A DNA stretch of 64,000 bases from the human T2T-CHM13v2.0 reference genome, Homo sapiens. Below the pieces are notes generated by a model. It saw only the letters and a list, made by a program, of their open reading frames with translations, was not told where the DNA came from and did no database searches. The DNA is taken from assembly GCF_009914755.1 (NCBI RefSeq), contig NC_060931.1; one strand, given 5' to 3'. The position numbers and the translations under genes were made by a program. Shown in pieces: positions 31,192 through 50,130 of the stretch (positions within the stretch are counted from its first letter, which is position 1; each line of letters opens with the position of its first letter).

Positions 31192-31472
31192 GGCCAGATG
31201 CAGTGGCTCACACCTGTAATCCCAGCACTTGGGCGGCTGAGGCAGGTGGATCACTTGAGCCCAGGAGTTTGAGACCAGCCTGGGCAACATGGCGAGACCC
31301 ATTCTCTACAAAAAATACAAAAATTAGCCGGGCATGATGGTGTATGCCTATAAGCCCAGCTACTCGCGAGGATCGCTTGAGCTAGGGAGGTCAAGGCTGC
31401 CGTGAGCCATGATCATGCCACTGCACTCCAGCATGGGTGACAGCAAGACCTTGTCTCAAAAAAAAAAAAAAA
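31192..31472 (+). mobile_element. AluJ
   Basis: J diagnostics. Confidence 0.9.
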
Positions 31473-31529
31473 GTCAACTCATGGAAACAGGGCAGATGGC
31501 ATTGGCCACAGCAGGATACATTCTCTCAC

Positions 31530-31771
31530 CGTAGCCTTCGGGCAGTTCCGGGGACTGGTGGCCGTGTGGTCGGTTCTGGGGCGTCTGTAGTGAACCTCGC
31601 ACATCAGGGTTTCGAAGCCGCTGTGCCTGAAGTCTTTGATCTTGACTTGGGGACTCCACGAACCTGCAATTCCCTCCTCCAGCAGCAGCACCGGTGCTAT
31701 CTGTGTAAGGGGCTGGTTCCTCCATGAAGCAGCTGAGCGGCCTCCCAGGCCCCGAGTCTTCATACACCGTT
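31530..31771 (-). CDS. SMURF1: SMURF1 exon 7 (242 nt, linker to start of WW1: TVYEDSGPG...PELPEGY)
   Basis: cag|AACGGTG...TACG|gtgaga; in ORF 31474..31938. Confidence 0.97.
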
Positions 31772-32108
31772 CTGAAAGGGACGAGAGCAGGCAGGCATGG
31801 CGTCACCATGGAGGAGTCACAAGACCAGCGCCTTAGGGCTAGTGTCCTAGGGGACACCGTCACATAAATTGATTTGCTTTCCTTTAACAACGTCCAGTGT
31901 TCCAAGGGCCTAGTTTTGTAAAATTCACCATGTGCCACTCAAACAGAAAGACAGACTCTTCTAAGAGGAACAGGTGGCCGGAGTGTCCCCAAGGCCAACT
32001 GTACAATTTCACCATAGGGTAGACTGAAATGATTAGAAGAAACCAGCCTTAGACTATGAGGAGTTTGTGAAATGAGATCTCATTTTTCTTGATTTAAAAT
32101 CAAATCCA

Positions 32109-32416
32109 GGCCAGATGCGGTGGCTCACGCCTGTAATCCCAACTTTGGGACGCCGAAGTGGGCAGATCACTTGAGGTCAGGAGTTCAAGACCAGCCTGGC
32201 CAACATGATGAAACCGCATCTCTACTAAAAATACAAAAATTAGCTGGGTGTGGTGGCACACGCCTGTGGTCCCAGCTACTCGGGAGGCTGAGAATTGCTT
32301 GAACCCAGGAGGCAGAGGTTGCAGTGAGCCAAGATTGTGCCATTGTACTCCAGCCTGGGTGACAGAGCGAGACTCCATCTTTAAAATAAAATAAAATCAT
32401 ATCCAAATACTCCATT
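32109..32416 (+). mobile_element. AluS
   Basis: Alu consensus. Confidence 0.9.
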
Positions 32417-32569
32417 TTCCTTGTTATTTTACTCTATAATGAAACTCCTGGTTACATAAAATGCCAAAATGCCTTTAGATACTTTTTAAACATCAATCTT
32501 CACCCCCTGAGCAATTTTGAAGACAATTCACCTTAATAGGCTACTGTCCCTTAGAAGCAAATACTCTTT

Positions 32570-33258
32570 TAAAATCTTAGATTGAAAAATTTCAAATATG
32601 TATAAAAAATGAGAGACCAGTACAATGAACCCCCTGTGTCCACCCCTCCCAGCTAACCATCATCCAATGTCCACTCTTCCAATCCCTCCCCACCAACCCC
32701 AACATTTTATGACTTCATCCTTAAATATTTCCATTATCATGACTAAAAAATGTTCATTAATTTTTTAAAAAAATCAAATACCGGTGTTCAGATTTCTCCA
32801 ATTGTCTCATAAATCAGGATCCAAAGTCCACACCTTGCATGTGTAGCTATGTCTCAAGTTTGTTTGAATATGAATTGTTGACAGGTTCTCCTTCCCTCCT
32901 GTCTTTGCTTTTCTTGCAGTCTATTTGTTGAAGACCCTGGGTTGTCTGTCCTACAGAAGGCCCCATTCTGGATGTTTGTTGATTATATTCCCTTGGGGCC
33001 GTGAGACACATTCCTGGTTCCCTGTATTTCCAAGAGGTGTGTTAATGTTGGATCATCTCTCTTTTGTGATGTTGTTAGCAATTACTGCTTGTTGGCCAGG
33101 TCCATTAATTCATGGGGGACTGCAAAATTGTGACAGTGACCAATGACGGTTCGGCAGTTTGTTGTATTTTTTTAGTGTGTTGAGTTCCTCCCCCCGTCAT
33201 TATGAACCCAAAGATTTTTAATATATCTGATATGTTCCAAATTCATGGCAGTTATAAT
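32570..33258 (-). mobile_element. L1ME/L1MC-type 3' region
   Basis: aaaatttcaaatat...tacaatgaacccc and aatcaggatccaaagtccacaccttgcat motifs. Confidence 0.55.
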
Positions 33259-33930
<672 letters not shown>

Positions 33931-34114
33931 AACTCCAGTTGTATTTACAGCTTCCTTTATAGCCAAGTAAACTGGTTCACAGTTTTATCCCAACATCCTT
34001 TATGCATCTCAAGCATTCTGCAGAGTGACTTAAGGAGGGAAGGGCGCTTTCCTATAGGCCGAGAGGTTAAGGCAGCAGAGAACTCAGCCCGCCTCTTGCT
34101 GTGGTTATACGTAC

Positions 34115-34190
34115 CCTTCATTTTCTAACAGTCCTCTGCAGTCCACCACCGAGCCGCCGGTTCCTATTCTGTCTCGTGTCTGTAAACTGA
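34115..34190 (-). CDS. SMURF1: SMURF1 exon 6 (76 nt: VSLQTRDRIGTGGSVVDCRGLLENEG)
   Basis: tag|TCAGTTTA...GAAGG|gtacgt; phases match neighbours. Confidence 0.96.
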
Positions 34191-34488
34191 CTAAAAGAGA
34201 AAAGAACGACTTGTGTTAAAACCCAGCGGGGTTTACATAATTATAATACAGTGAGTCATTGCTAATTTAGAATTTATGTACAATATCATAAAAAACGAGG
34301 CATATGTGTATGCATACACACATATATTCCTATGCTTTCCAATACGAAGCATTTTACTCCAGTAGCTGCATGCTACTTGGAATATTCCTTGTAAATGTGG
34401 TGAAGAAAAGGGTGCTATGTTTCTCCTGGTCTCCATAAAAATAACAATGTAATATTCAGTCCCTCTAAGTTATTTTCAAGAAGATTTA

Positions 34489-34957
<469 letters not shown>

Positions 34958-34970
34958 TTTTTATTTCTTA

Positions 34971-35350
<380 letters not shown>

Positions 35351-36029
35351 CTAAATATTTATTCTCTATCTTTACTATGAACAAGACTTTTATAAAGTTG
35401 TTTTCAGTTACTCATTTTTCTCCCTGGCACATCCCGCCACAAAGAAAAAAGAAATTACACGCAGGAAAGCATTCGGTGAGAACTTTTTCATGATGGTAGA
35501 TTTCAGGGTGTATGTCTGCACTATTCATTTATCTTGGGTCAGGTCTACACAGGACAATACCTAAAAGATTTGGAGTGAGAATCACTCCAGTGTGCTGCAG
35601 AGAGACCTTTTTTTTTTTATTCCATGCAGCAGTGCTTCCAAGTCAATATCTGAGTTACCCTAAAACACTAATACAAGTGGGTGGATAATAGGATGAGTTA
35701 TTTAACAGCTAAATCACTTCCAACAGACTGCCTCTAGCCAACACTTTGTAACATTAGCACACTTTAATTTTTCATTCTAAATAATGCAGTCCCCTGACTG
35801 TACAAATCATATTACATGGAATTCTTCACAACTCTATGCTTTTTACATATATGATGGGGCTTCCAGAAGAAACTATTTCCCAACTCCTGTATGTGTGGCC
35901 ACCATTCTTATTATCTACCCTTGGATAATACGGTCAAAAATGTATTGTCCATAAATGTGATGATTAAAATTACATTTAAAATTCTAACCCTAAATCTTTC
36001 TGTACCCGAGTCATTTTTACTCAACTTTA

Positions 36030-36347
<318 letters not shown>

Positions 36348-36530
36348 TTAGATAAAATAATAAAAACTACACAAGACAAAACTTCCTAGTACTGAAGAGA
36401 AGGCCCCGTACGTGGTCTGTCCTCTGAGGCCCGTCAGCATCGTCAGTGCCTGTATGTGAGTTCTCGGCGATGAAGGGTTGAATGTAAGTTCTGGAAAAGC
36501 ATCTCTTTACACAGACAAGAAAGTTCTTAC

Positions 36531-36596
36531 CCACTATCTGGCCACGAACTGCATCAGTATCTGAGGGGTTTAGTTTGCATAGATCCAAACGCTGGT
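36531..36596 (-). CDS. SMURF1: SMURF1 exon 5 (66 nt: YQRLDLCKLNPSDTDAVRGQIV)
   Basis: cag|ACCAGCG...GTGG|gtaaga. Confidence 0.97.
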
Positions 36597-36743
36597 CTGT
36601 AAACAAACAATTCAAAACTTAACCCAAGGAACGTGAACTAGGGAGGAAGGCAGGAATTCAGTATTCAGCGATCAAAACAAAAAACGATGCCTCCTAAGCT
36701 TTCTTTGGTTGCATTAAGAGGCAGGAAAGTGTTTGGTTCTTAC

Positions 36744-36877
36744 ATCCGGTATCTTTTAATCTGCTGATGGCATTGGAGAGCAGCCGCACACAGCCCAGGA
36801 AGCCAGCTCCCTGTTTCTTGTGAATTTTCTTATGGTTCCACACGCTAATGGTTATCGAATCCGTTTTCCCAACATAT
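36744..36877 (-). CDS. SMURF1: SMURF1 exon 4 (134 nt, C2: YVGKTDSITISVWNHKKIHKKQGAGFLGCVRLLSNAISRLKDTG)
   Basis: cag|ATATGTT...GGAT|gtaaga; in ORF 36694..36894. Confidence 0.97.
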
Positions 36878-36911
36878 CTGGAAAGAAAGTGCAAAACTCA
36901 TTTTTAATTGT

Positions 36912-37224
36912 GTTTGGTTTTTTTTTTGTTTGTTTGTTTTTTTTTTTTTGAGATAGAATCCTGCTCTGTTGCCCCCAGGCTGGAGTGCAGTTGTGTGATC
37001 TCAGCTCACTGCAACTCCCAAGTTCAAGTGATTCTCCTGCCTCAGCCTCCCGAGTAGCTGGGACTACAGGCGTGCATCACCATGCCTGGCTAATTTTTGT
37101 ATTTTTAGTAGAGATGGGGTTTCGCCATGTGGCCAGGTTGGTCTTGAACTCCTAACCTCAGGTGATCCACCTGCCTTGGCCTCCCAAAGTGCTGGGATTA
37201 CAGGCATGAGCTACTATGCCCAGC
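36912..37224 (-). mobile_element. AluS
   Basis: Alu ~35 bp upstream of the exon 4 acceptor. Confidence 0.9.
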
Positions 37225-37443
37225 TTTTATTTGTATTTCTGAATTATGATATCTCATTGAGATTTTCTCTTTAAGAAACCTTATAAAATAATGTTGCCTC
37301 TGTATTACACATGTAACAGGCATTTAATAAATACGTATCCATTAATTTCAACAAGCTGGGAAGAAGAACTACCTTGCTCCTTATGGAAGGGGCAAATGTA
37401 GATAACCACACGATGATAATAATCTTATAACAGACTTACTATA

Positions 37444-37756
37444 TTTTATTTATTTTTATTTATTTTTTTATTTTTTTGAGACGGAATTTTGCTCTTGTCG
37501 CCCAGGCCGGAGTGCAATGGCGCAGTGTTAGCTCACTGCAACCTGTCTCCTGGGTTCAAGGAATTCTCCTGCCTCAGCCTCCCCAGCAGCTGAGATTACA
37601 GGCACCTGCCACCACACCTGGCTAATTTTTGTATTTTTAGTAGAGACGGGGTTTCACCATGTTGGCCAGGCTGGTCTCAACCTCCTGACCTCAGGTGATC
37701 TTCCTGCCTCGGCCTCCCAAAGTGCTTAGATTACAGGTGTGAGCCACTGCACCCAG
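37444..37756 (-). mobile_element. AluSq-like
   Basis: TSD ttactatatttta. Confidence 0.9.
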
Positions 37757-38136
37757 CAAATTTACTATATTTTAATAGTCGCATAGGACAGTAACATGAT
37801 TCATAAATTCTCACCAATTAGGTTTGATACAGAATACTGGTTTGCGACAAGGGACTACTTACAAACCTACGGATCTATTCAAAGTACACAAGAGGACACT
37901 AAGACATTAAACCTCCATTTACTGTCACTGCAAGTCAACGGAGAGAGGAACTCAACCCACTTACACAGCCTCAGTGTCACTGAAACTGAATCTTAGAATA
38001 TAATTCTTAAAAATCCCACCCAAATACAGTATAATTTGTATTAACTAAAAGACAATAATCTTTCAGGATTACTTTGATGAAAATATCTTAGTAGGAACAT
38101 GAAAACATGGGTGCATATAAAATAGTGGTCTTCACA

Positions 38137-38434
38137 GCCAGGTGCAGTGGCTCACGCCTATAATCCCAGCACTTCAGGAGGCCAAGGTGGATCACCTGAG
38201 GTCAGAAGGTCAAGACCAGCCTGGCCAACATGGTGAAACCCATCTCTACTAAAAATATAAAAATTAGCCAGGCATGGTGGCGGGTACCTGTAATCCCAGC
38301 TACTCGGGAGGCTGAAGATCGAGAATCGCTTGAACCCAGCAGGAGGAGGTTGCGGTGAACCAAGATTGCGCCACTGCGCTCCAGCCTGGGCAACAGAGCG
38401 AGACTCTGTTTGAAAAAAAAATTTAATTTAATTT
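38137..38434 (+). mobile_element. AluS (host of the AluYa8)
   Basis: TSD taaaatagtggtcttca at ~38118 and ~38781 brackets both Alus. Confidence 0.9.
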
Positions 38435-38446
38435 AAAAATAAAATA

Positions 38447-38794
<348 letters not shown>

Positions 38795-38946
38795 TCAAAG
38801 TACAATCCAGTTTTTGAATGACTATAAGAAATTGATGGCTTTGATCATATAAAACTATATTTTCTCTTGCAGAAAATATATATGTACTAAAAAGCAAAAA
38901 TTTTCAAAGTCAACAGAAACATACAGTCATAATAATGAATTTTTTA

Positions 38947-39309
<363 letters not shown>

Positions 39310-39399
39310 TCACAAACTATGGCCTTTTTTTCTGCTAAAATGGCCAGGAGATTGAAAAGTTTGAGGATCACATGTACAAAACCAAACCATAAAAATCTA

Positions 39400-39763
<364 letters not shown>

Positions 39764-39918
39764 CTAAAATTAGGCAATGTAGACATTCATTTGGCCATCC
39801 GCTTTTGTTATCAATAAAAAGTCATCCTTTTTTTTTTTTTCTCTTGGATGTTTCTCGTAAAAGGTAGACACCTGCTTTCCTGCCGCTCCGCATGGGGCTT
39901 ACAGAACATTCAACTCAC

Positions 39919-40027
39919 AGATCATAGTGCTGGTTCCACTTTGGGTCCAATGTGTTTTTCACAGTGTCGGTTGAGTGGCACTGCCCAGACCCATCCACGA
40001 CAATCTTTGCAAAAGGGTCAGGGAGCC
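39919..40027 (-). CDS. SMURF1: SMURF1 exon 3 (109 nt, C2: RLPDPFAKIVVDGSGQCHSTDTVKNTLDPKWNQHYDL)
   Basis: tag|GGCTCCCT...GATCT|gtgagt; in ORF 39915..40133. Confidence 0.97.
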
Positions 40028-40519
40028 CTAGAGGAGAGAGGAGACCCACACCTAGATGAGACCTCACATCCATCCATGTGACACAGAACACACAATTCGT
40101 GTTCTCTAATTTCAGGATAATTTCAATCAGCAAAATAAGTTATGTCTATTGAGCTTTCTAAGAGAGCCTAGTATGCCTCCATACTCAGATTTTTAGAGGG
40201 TAGAAAAGAAAGTGACTGAAAAAAAAAAAGGCTTACATTCAAATTTCTATTAAAGTGGGGCTAATTAAGTGGAGGGAAAAGTGTCTGAAAGTAATTGTAT
40301 TTAGACTTTCTAAAAATTAATAATGCCCCGAAATTTGTTTACTGATCTTTGCCTATCTTATCTATGGAAGCAAGTATTCACCAGGCCTTAATTCGGTAAG
40401 TCCCTAAATGCTAGAGAATGAATCAGAGAGGTTTATTAGATCAGACAGGTGGCAAAGTGGACAGTTGTCAGAGATAGAGATGGACACGAGCCACCATGCT
40501 GGAGCTTCCTGGCTACCTG

Positions 40520-40630
40520 GAGAAAGCCTTTGAGCCTAAGTTTCTTCATCTTGAAAGCATGAATAATACCACTTAAGAACTGAAAGATGTCTTGTGAGGA
40601 TCAGAAAGTGTGTGAAGAATTTAATGCTGC
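40520..40630 (+). mobile_element. MIR
   Basis: tgagcctaagtttcttcatct...aataatacc...ttgtgaggat. Confidence 0.55.
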
Positions 40631-41118
40631 AGGCACTGACCAGATACTGCATGACTTTCTTAAGGAGTGATTCCTTCCTTTAGAAAAGGAGTCTCTTATT
40701 TTTGCAATTCCTTTAATTATAGGGTGTTGTAAATGTGATTTAATTTATAAAATCTGATTAACAATTGTATGCAAATCCAGCTGTTTTATACAAAAGTATT
40801 TCATTTGTATTAGAGCTGAGAATACATCATCCAGCAGAAAGCAATATTCTAATAGGTAGAGAGGCAGAAAAAATTGGGTGTGACCAGAATAGGAAACGAA
40901 AGACAGGTTTTGCGGTATGATTTATAAGTTCTGTATATTTCAGCTAAGGAACTACCCATGTTGTAGTCAACCGGGAAATAAAGCTTGGAGAACCATGGAT
41001 TTCTATTAAGTAAAGGGCAAAACTTTGAAGAGAATATACCCAATCTTTTTTTAAAGTTTAAAATTTCAGAAATACATGCATAACATTATAAGAGGGAAAA
41101 AAATAAGTGTTTACTTAC

Positions 41119-41157
41119 TGAAGAAGTCTTTCTTTGCAAGGTTCTTGGCACATAACA
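41119..41157 (-). CDS. SMURF1: SMURF1 exon 2 (39 nt, C2 domain: VLCAKNLAKKDFF)
   Basis: tag|TGTTATGTGCC...TTCTTCA|gtaagt; too short for the ORF track. Confidence 0.95.
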
Positions 41158-41417
41158 CTAAAAACAAAGAAAAATTACTCAGGTTAGCATTAAAGACGAG
41201 ATTTCCATAATAGCTAATCTATATTTACACCCGAACAAAAAGACTCTAAAAATTAGCTTTGCCGAAGATTTGACTTTCAAATCTAGTATCATATGAAACA
41301 AAAAATGGACAACCATCTAAAAAGTGTTTTCTCCTCAAACTGAAGATCAGCTATAACAAATACAAAATGCTTTAAACTAAAAATCTTAAACACATTCAGA
41401 TGGGTTGATCAATATAC

Positions 41418-41625
41418 TTTTTTTTTTTTTAAGAGATAAGGTCTTGCTCTCTTGCCCAGGCTGGAGTGCAGGGGCATGATCATAGCTCATTGCAGCCTCG
41501 AACTCCTGGGTGATTCAAGCAATCCTCTTGCCTCAGCCCTCCCAGTAGCTAGGATTATAGGCACACGCCACCATGCCTGGCTAAATGTTCTTATTTTTGT
41601 AGAGATAGGGCCACTGCACCCAGCC
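41418..41625 (-). mobile_element. AluJ, left arm mostly deleted
   Basis: right arm, then jump to gccactgcacccagcc. Confidence 0.85.
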
Positions 41626-41886
41626 TACCGATATTCTCTTATACTGCATATGATCACATAAAAACCAACTCAAATAAAGACCTGAAGTATTTATCCTTAC
41701 AGGTACCGCTAATGACAGAAGAAGCTATGCAATTTTTTATTCTGATAAGTAATACAATTTTGTAAATGTAAACTTTGATATGTTGGAAAATAGTAAGCAA
41801 GGGGAAGGTGGTAAAAAAAAATATGGGGCCATCATCAGGGTAGTGTGAACAAAAAATGATAAAATGCACGTTAAGAACTTAGCACA

Positions 41887-42277
<391 letters not shown>

Positions 42278-42495
42278 TCACCAGACCTGCTTGCTACACA
42301 ACGCAAGTGACTGTGTCAGGGAGACACTGAGGTGCTTTTGTCTTTTGTACTGCTTCACAAATTGTCCTCAATTTTAAGAATATTATGTTTTATTAAGCAC
42401 TTGTATTTTACAAAAATGTGCTCACATAATAGATATTGTTCTGCCAAGTTTCACTTCGTTTTATAAAACTAAGTGAATAATGTCGTAAGTGATAA

Positions 42496-43280
<785 letters not shown>

Positions 43281-43284
43281 CATC

Positions 43285-44040
43285 ACGAAGTGGTGTTAGA
43301 TTTTGTCAAATGCTTTTTCTACATGTGTTGAGATGCTGTTTTGGTGTTTGGCCTTTGTCTATTGATACGGTGCGTGACATTAATTGATTTTAAGTTGTTA
43401 AACCAACCCTGCATTGTGAGATAAACTCAACTTGGTCACGGTACACAGTCCTTTTAATATGTCGCTATATTCAGTTTGCTAGTATTTTGTTGAGGAATTT
43501 CACATCTATATTCATAAGGGATATTGGTTTGTATTTTCCTTTCCTTCATAGGCTATCTAGTTTTGGTATCAGAGTGATACTGGCCTCATAAAATGAGCTG
43601 GGAAATATTCCCTCCTCCTCCTCGTCTTTTTGTTTTGTTTTGGAAGAATTTGTATTAATTCTTCTTTAATGTTGGGTAGAGTTCACCAGTGATGGCCTCT
43701 AGGCCTGGGCTTTTCATTTTCTTTGTGAGAAGTGTTTTAAATTACTAATCCAATCTCTTTACTTTTTATAGACCTAGTCAGATTTTTCCATTTCTTCTTC
43801 AATCAGCCCTGGTAGTTTGTGAATTTCCAGAAGTTTGTTGATCTCCTCACTTTTCATAAGTCTATTCAGATTTTTGCATTTCTTCTTCAGCCTTAGTAGT
43901 TTGTGTCTTTGTAGATGTTTGTTGATTTCACCCATGTTATCAAATTGTTGGCATACACTTGTTTGTAATATTCCTTGATAATCAGTATTCCTTGATAATA
44001 TTTCTGTATAGTCAATAGTAATATTTCTTCTTCAGAGTAA
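43285..44040 (-). mobile_element. L1M ORF2 fragment
   Basis: ttcagtttgctagtattttgttgaggaatttcacatctatattcataaggga (reverse of KILNKILAN region). Confidence 0.85.
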
Positions 44041-44406
44041 TGTAATCTTTATATACTTCCTTTCCACCTCAGTCTTTTTAGTGGATAGATCACTATTAAT
44101 TACACCTCCTGCTGATGTTTCATTTCTTGTTACTCTAATTACAAAATACATACTTGAAAATATGGAAATGTGTAAAATAGAAAATCCACAGCCCCAAAAC
44201 CTCATCATTACTGTTTGTCTAGCATTTGCCTGGCTAGTCTCATGTGCTTATTTTTCCCATTAACATTTAGAATCATTTTGAGCAAGTTTTTAAAAAATGA
44301 CTTCATAAGTAAATGAGGAAAATTTTTACCTATTTACAATAGAGTATCTTGAATGTAGCATATTTATCCCTTTATTAAGTTTTTTGATGCCTTTAAGTGA
44401 GTTGGG

Positions 44407-44704
<298 letters not shown>

Positions 44705-45075
44705 TAAAGTATTTCATAAAAGTCTTGCACATTTCTCTTTGGGTGGATTCTTCAGGTATTTTTTGTTACTATTGTGAATGGAATCCTTCCTTTTGTTGCA
44801 TTTTCTCATTGTTATTTGGATATAGACGAGCTATTAGTTTTCTCACATTAATTTGAAATCACCCATCTATTTGGGCTCTCTTCACATTGGCCTATAATGT
44901 TCTGTTTGCTTCAGTTTTCCTTTTCTTTTCCAAAGCTTGGAATATCTCAACAGCTCTCATATAAAATTCCAAGTGTCCAAAACTGAAGTTCTTCCCAGTC
45001 TGACTAGAAACCTAGTCCTCTCCCAGGATCCATCAGTTCAGAGACCTTACCAGCCCCCATCAAAGGCACAAGCGA

Positions 45076-45429
<354 letters not shown>

Positions 45430-45803
45430 TTAGCATCTCCACCCTTGTCCAAGCTCCCAACACAAGCTCTGATGAACTGACCGTTTCAAGACTTACATCT
45501 CATGTCTGTCTTCCTTTTAAAATTCTCCAGTGGCTTCCCCTTGCAGAACTCTAGCCTTATGAGCCTCCGATCCCTCCCAACCTCCCTGTGCAGTCTCAAA
45601 TATTAGCCACCAATTCTGGGCCCTGGTTTTTGGAGGTGCTGGTGCTAGATTGCTTCTGAATAGAATAATCCTGGTCACATGTCTCACAAATATTAATCTT
45701 TGCTCATACAATGTTTGAGTTTAAGGCTCATTCCAGTGGAATTTGGTTATATCATAAAGTGCGGAAAGGTCTCAGCAGTGTTAGCACAAAGAAAATTTTG
45801 CTT

Positions 45804-46120
45804 TGGCCAGACACAATGGCTCATGCCTGTAATCCCAGTACTTTGGGAGACTGAGGCAGGTGGGATCGCTTGAGCTCAGGAGTTCGAGACCAGCCTGGGC
45901 AACATGGCAAGATCCCATCTCTACAAAAAATACAAAAATTAGCCAGGCAAGGTGGTAGGCGACTGTAGTCCCAGCTACTTGGAAGGCAGAGATGGGAGGC
46001 TCACCTGAGCCTGGGGAGGTCGAGACTGCAGTGAGCTATGACCACACCACTGCACTCCAGCCTGGGTGACACAGTGAGACTCTGTCTCAAAAAGAAAAAA
46101 AAAAAAAAAGAAAAGAAGAA
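45804..46120 (+). mobile_element. AluJ
   Basis: J diagnostics. Confidence 0.88.
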
Positions 46121-46263
46121 ATTTGCTTCAATTCCCTGTAAGGATCATTTCAGGTCATTCTGAATGTGGTTAAGTTAATGGTATATGATTTCTCCTACTA
46201 AAATAGCTTTGTGATCAGGACATGGAATTTGGTCCACTCTAGAGATATATGGATAAAAGGTAA

Positions 46264-46604
<341 letters not shown>

Positions 46605-46962
46605 TTAGATCTAGTATTTTTTAAAAAATACATTTATGTACCAATACAGTGAGGTTCTGGGGATACAGCAATTAACAAAAGACACATTTCCAGAACACTG
46701 AGTTTATTTTTCAGTGTGGACCAATGCATGTTTTCTTCAGTTCCAACCCTGAAGCACCCCTCTACCTTAGCCAGATCATGCCTCTTACATGCCATAATTT
46801 CCTAATCACATCCCGTAGTTTTCCTAATGTTGGGAATATGGCCAAAGCAAATTACATAATGTTCACGAAGCATTTGAATACATGGAAAGGAAGTGTTTTG
46901 CTAACATGAGGTACATTCAGTTAGTAAAACAAGCTTCTTTTACCTGGCAAAAGATAGGGTTA

Positions 46963-47274
<312 letters not shown>

Positions 47275-47616
47275 TACTACTTGTGGTTTCACCCACTCCA
47301 ACAATGAACTACAGCAAAAACTTAGTACTTTATTCAATCTTGAGAAAGTTTCTAATTTGTGTCAATACTTCTAATATTTCTCTAGCCTGTGGCTAGAAAC
47401 TTTCACTGCAATGTTATTCCTCTCTTCTTCTTATATTTCTGTGTCTCCAAGTCCTATCACTATCTTCTTCTGAATGTCTCTTGAATTTGTCTGTTCTGTA
47501 TTTTTATACCCACTCTCTTCTTCTTGGCATCACCTATGCACAACTGTGCCCTCCCTGATGGAAGCCTCCCTGGTCCACAAGACATTTAGCCACTACATCA
47601 ATCTTTTTTGTATCTG

Positions 47617-47908
47617 TAGAGGTAAGATCTCACTCTCTGCCCAGTCTAGAGTGCAGGGGCACAATCATGGCTGACTGCAGCCTCAGACTCTTGGGCTCAA
47701 GTGATCCTCCCACCTCGGCCTCCTGAGTAGCTGGGACTATAGGCATGCACCACTATGCTCAGCTAATTTTCCTATTTTTAAAAAATCTCTGTAGAAACAA
47801 GGTCTCACTATGTTGCCCAGGCTGCTCCAAACACCTGGCCTCAAGTGATCCTCCTGCCTCAGCCTCCCCAAGTGCTGAGATTACAGGACTAAGCCACTGT
47901 GCCTGGCC
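47617..47908 (-). mobile_element. AluJ
   Basis: TSD atcaatctttt. Confidence 0.88.
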
Positions 47909-48239
47909 CAGATCAATCTTTTGAATGCCATTTTCATGTTCTTATGCAAAAACATCAACAACAACAAACAACAACAACAAAAATCTCTAATGACTCTGTA
48001 TTTTACTGTGAATCCTGAGTTTCTCCCTGGGTATTAAGATTTCCCATTCCCTAACAACACATTTATTCCCCATTATTCCTCATGGTATAGCTTGGATTAG
48101 CCCCTTTTACCCACCCCAGCTACCTCCCAGAGTTTATTCTTGCTTCTTAACCCATCAGACAATCCCTCTCTCCTTGCTGGGCCCTAACCTACATTCAGGG
48201 TCCAGGCCAGGCATTTTGTCAGTGAAGCCTCACTCAAGC

Positions 48240-48525
48240 CAGTGTTTCCCAAACGTCAGTCTGTGATGACATTTTCACTAGTGCCAAAACCAAAAAAATA
48301 AGGACAATGTAAGCGGGGTTTTCATAAAACGAAACTAATTTTAAGTGGCTGTTCTTTGTTGTGATGTTATGTCTTTCCTGCTTTTTTCATGTTAAAATGT
48401 TCTTTCTTTAATGAAAGAGGTAACAAAAAACGGTGACAGAGCAGTGACTTAGCAAAATAAAAACTGGGCAATATTATACTGATCCCCACATGTACATAAA
48501 TGTTTCGACTGCTCTGGGAATTACA
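48240..48525. mobile_element. Possible hAT-Charlie MITE
   Basis: starts cagtgtttcccaaac and ends ~tctgggaattac (degenerate TIR pair); family not identified. Confidence 0.35.
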
Positions 48526-48681
48526 ACTCTAACCATCAGTGATCAGCTCCCTCTTTTTAATCCTATTTAAGAATCATATAGTTTAGTATTCAATTACTTC
48601 CCATACAGGTGGCTTTGTTCCCCAGCTAAGTTAGGCCCCTCTGAGGGAGGAACCATCCATCCATCCATTCATTCATTCATT

Positions 48682-48965
48682 TTCTGGGCCAGCGTTTCGC
48701 TCTGTCACCCAGGCTAGAATGCAGTGGCACGAACACAGCTCACTGCAGTCTCGAACTCCTGGGCTCCAGTGATGCTCCCACCACAGCCTCCTGAGTACCT
48801 GGGACTACAGGGCATGCACCACCACCCCTGACTAATTTTTCAATTTCTTGTAGGGACAAGGTCTTACTATGTTGCCCAGGCTGGTATCAAACTGAGCTTA
48901 AGCAATCCTCCCGCCTCAGCCTCCCCAAGTGCTGTGCCACTTCCAAGGCCACTGTACCAGAGCCA
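48682..48965 (-). mobile_element. AluJ with (CCAT/TCAT)n tail
   Basis: J diagnostics. Confidence 0.85.
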
Positions 48966-49839
48966 CTGATCTGTCAATTCTGATACAAATTTAGGATATC
49001 TTCAAATTTGCATTGAAGGAAAAAAAGTCACATTTCAGTTATATCAACAGATTCAAATGCCAAAAATGTTAAGCCCATACAGGAGAACTGAACTCCATTC
49101 CATTATCTGCAACTGAAACAAACACTTCTTTCCAATCTTGCTCAGTAAGTTTATGCATACACAAGACTCACACATGTTTCCACTATTCAGACACCATTAA
49201 ATGATCAAATGATTTCTTCCTGCGGGGAAAACTGTCTAAGTTAACAAAACACACTTTAGCACCCACCGGCCATGCCTATTGGCTTTGGAGGTGGGAACAG
49301 ATCTCTGGTAAAGTGACAGTCCTGAGGTAAGTTTTCAAAACACCTGTTTGCTTAAAATATGGATGTTACAGTTCATCTTCTACAATTGCACTAAATTAAA
49401 AATAAATGACAAAATCATGTGAACTATTTGCCATCAGAAGTGTGACAGAATTCAGATCATACCCCAAACGTGGCAGGGTTAGGCAGAGCTGTTGTGGCAA
49501 AAACTGTCTCTTCTGTGAGACACAACTGAGCCCCAAGGACGAGGTGGGGATGTGCCACCTGCTGCCTGTCCCCACGGGTTCCCTGCCAGCACCAAACATT
49601 AATACTATCTGTGTGATCCTTTCTAGTCCAGAAAGCTCTTCTAGAAACACTATTCTCTTCTTATTCTCATAGGATGAGGGACATGGACACACAGACAGAT
49701 GGATTTTTTTCCTAATTCATGGGTGAAGGCATCTCTGCTGCACCCCCATCCCACTCTACATTAATGCGGCATCATCATAGCTCTTTGCAGAGCCTGAAAT
49801 TAAACCCTTTCTTTATTTGCATTCTTCTTAATGCCTAGC

Positions 49840-50130
49840 TCCACTGAAGCAAGTACTGTGTCTTTTATTCTTAACCACTGTCTCCCCAGAGGCTGAAACA
49901 GTGCCTGGCACATGCAGTTGACTTTAAACATATTTGTTAAATGGTATTAGGTAATGACTTTTTTTTTTTTAACTGTGTAGTTAACCCACTAGAATGTAAG
50001 CATCAAGAAGGCAGACGCTGCCTTCTCAACCATTACATTCCTAGCACGGAAGCACAGGGCCTGGCAGAAATTAGCGCTTGATCAATGTTTGTTGAAATCA
50101 ATGGATAACTGCCTGCTTGAATGAATGTAT
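49840..50130 (+). mobile_element. Two tandem L2 3' ends
   Basis: acagtgcctggcacat...atatttgttaaatg and cagggcctggca...tcaatgtttgttgaa..tgaatgaatg. Confidence 0.65.
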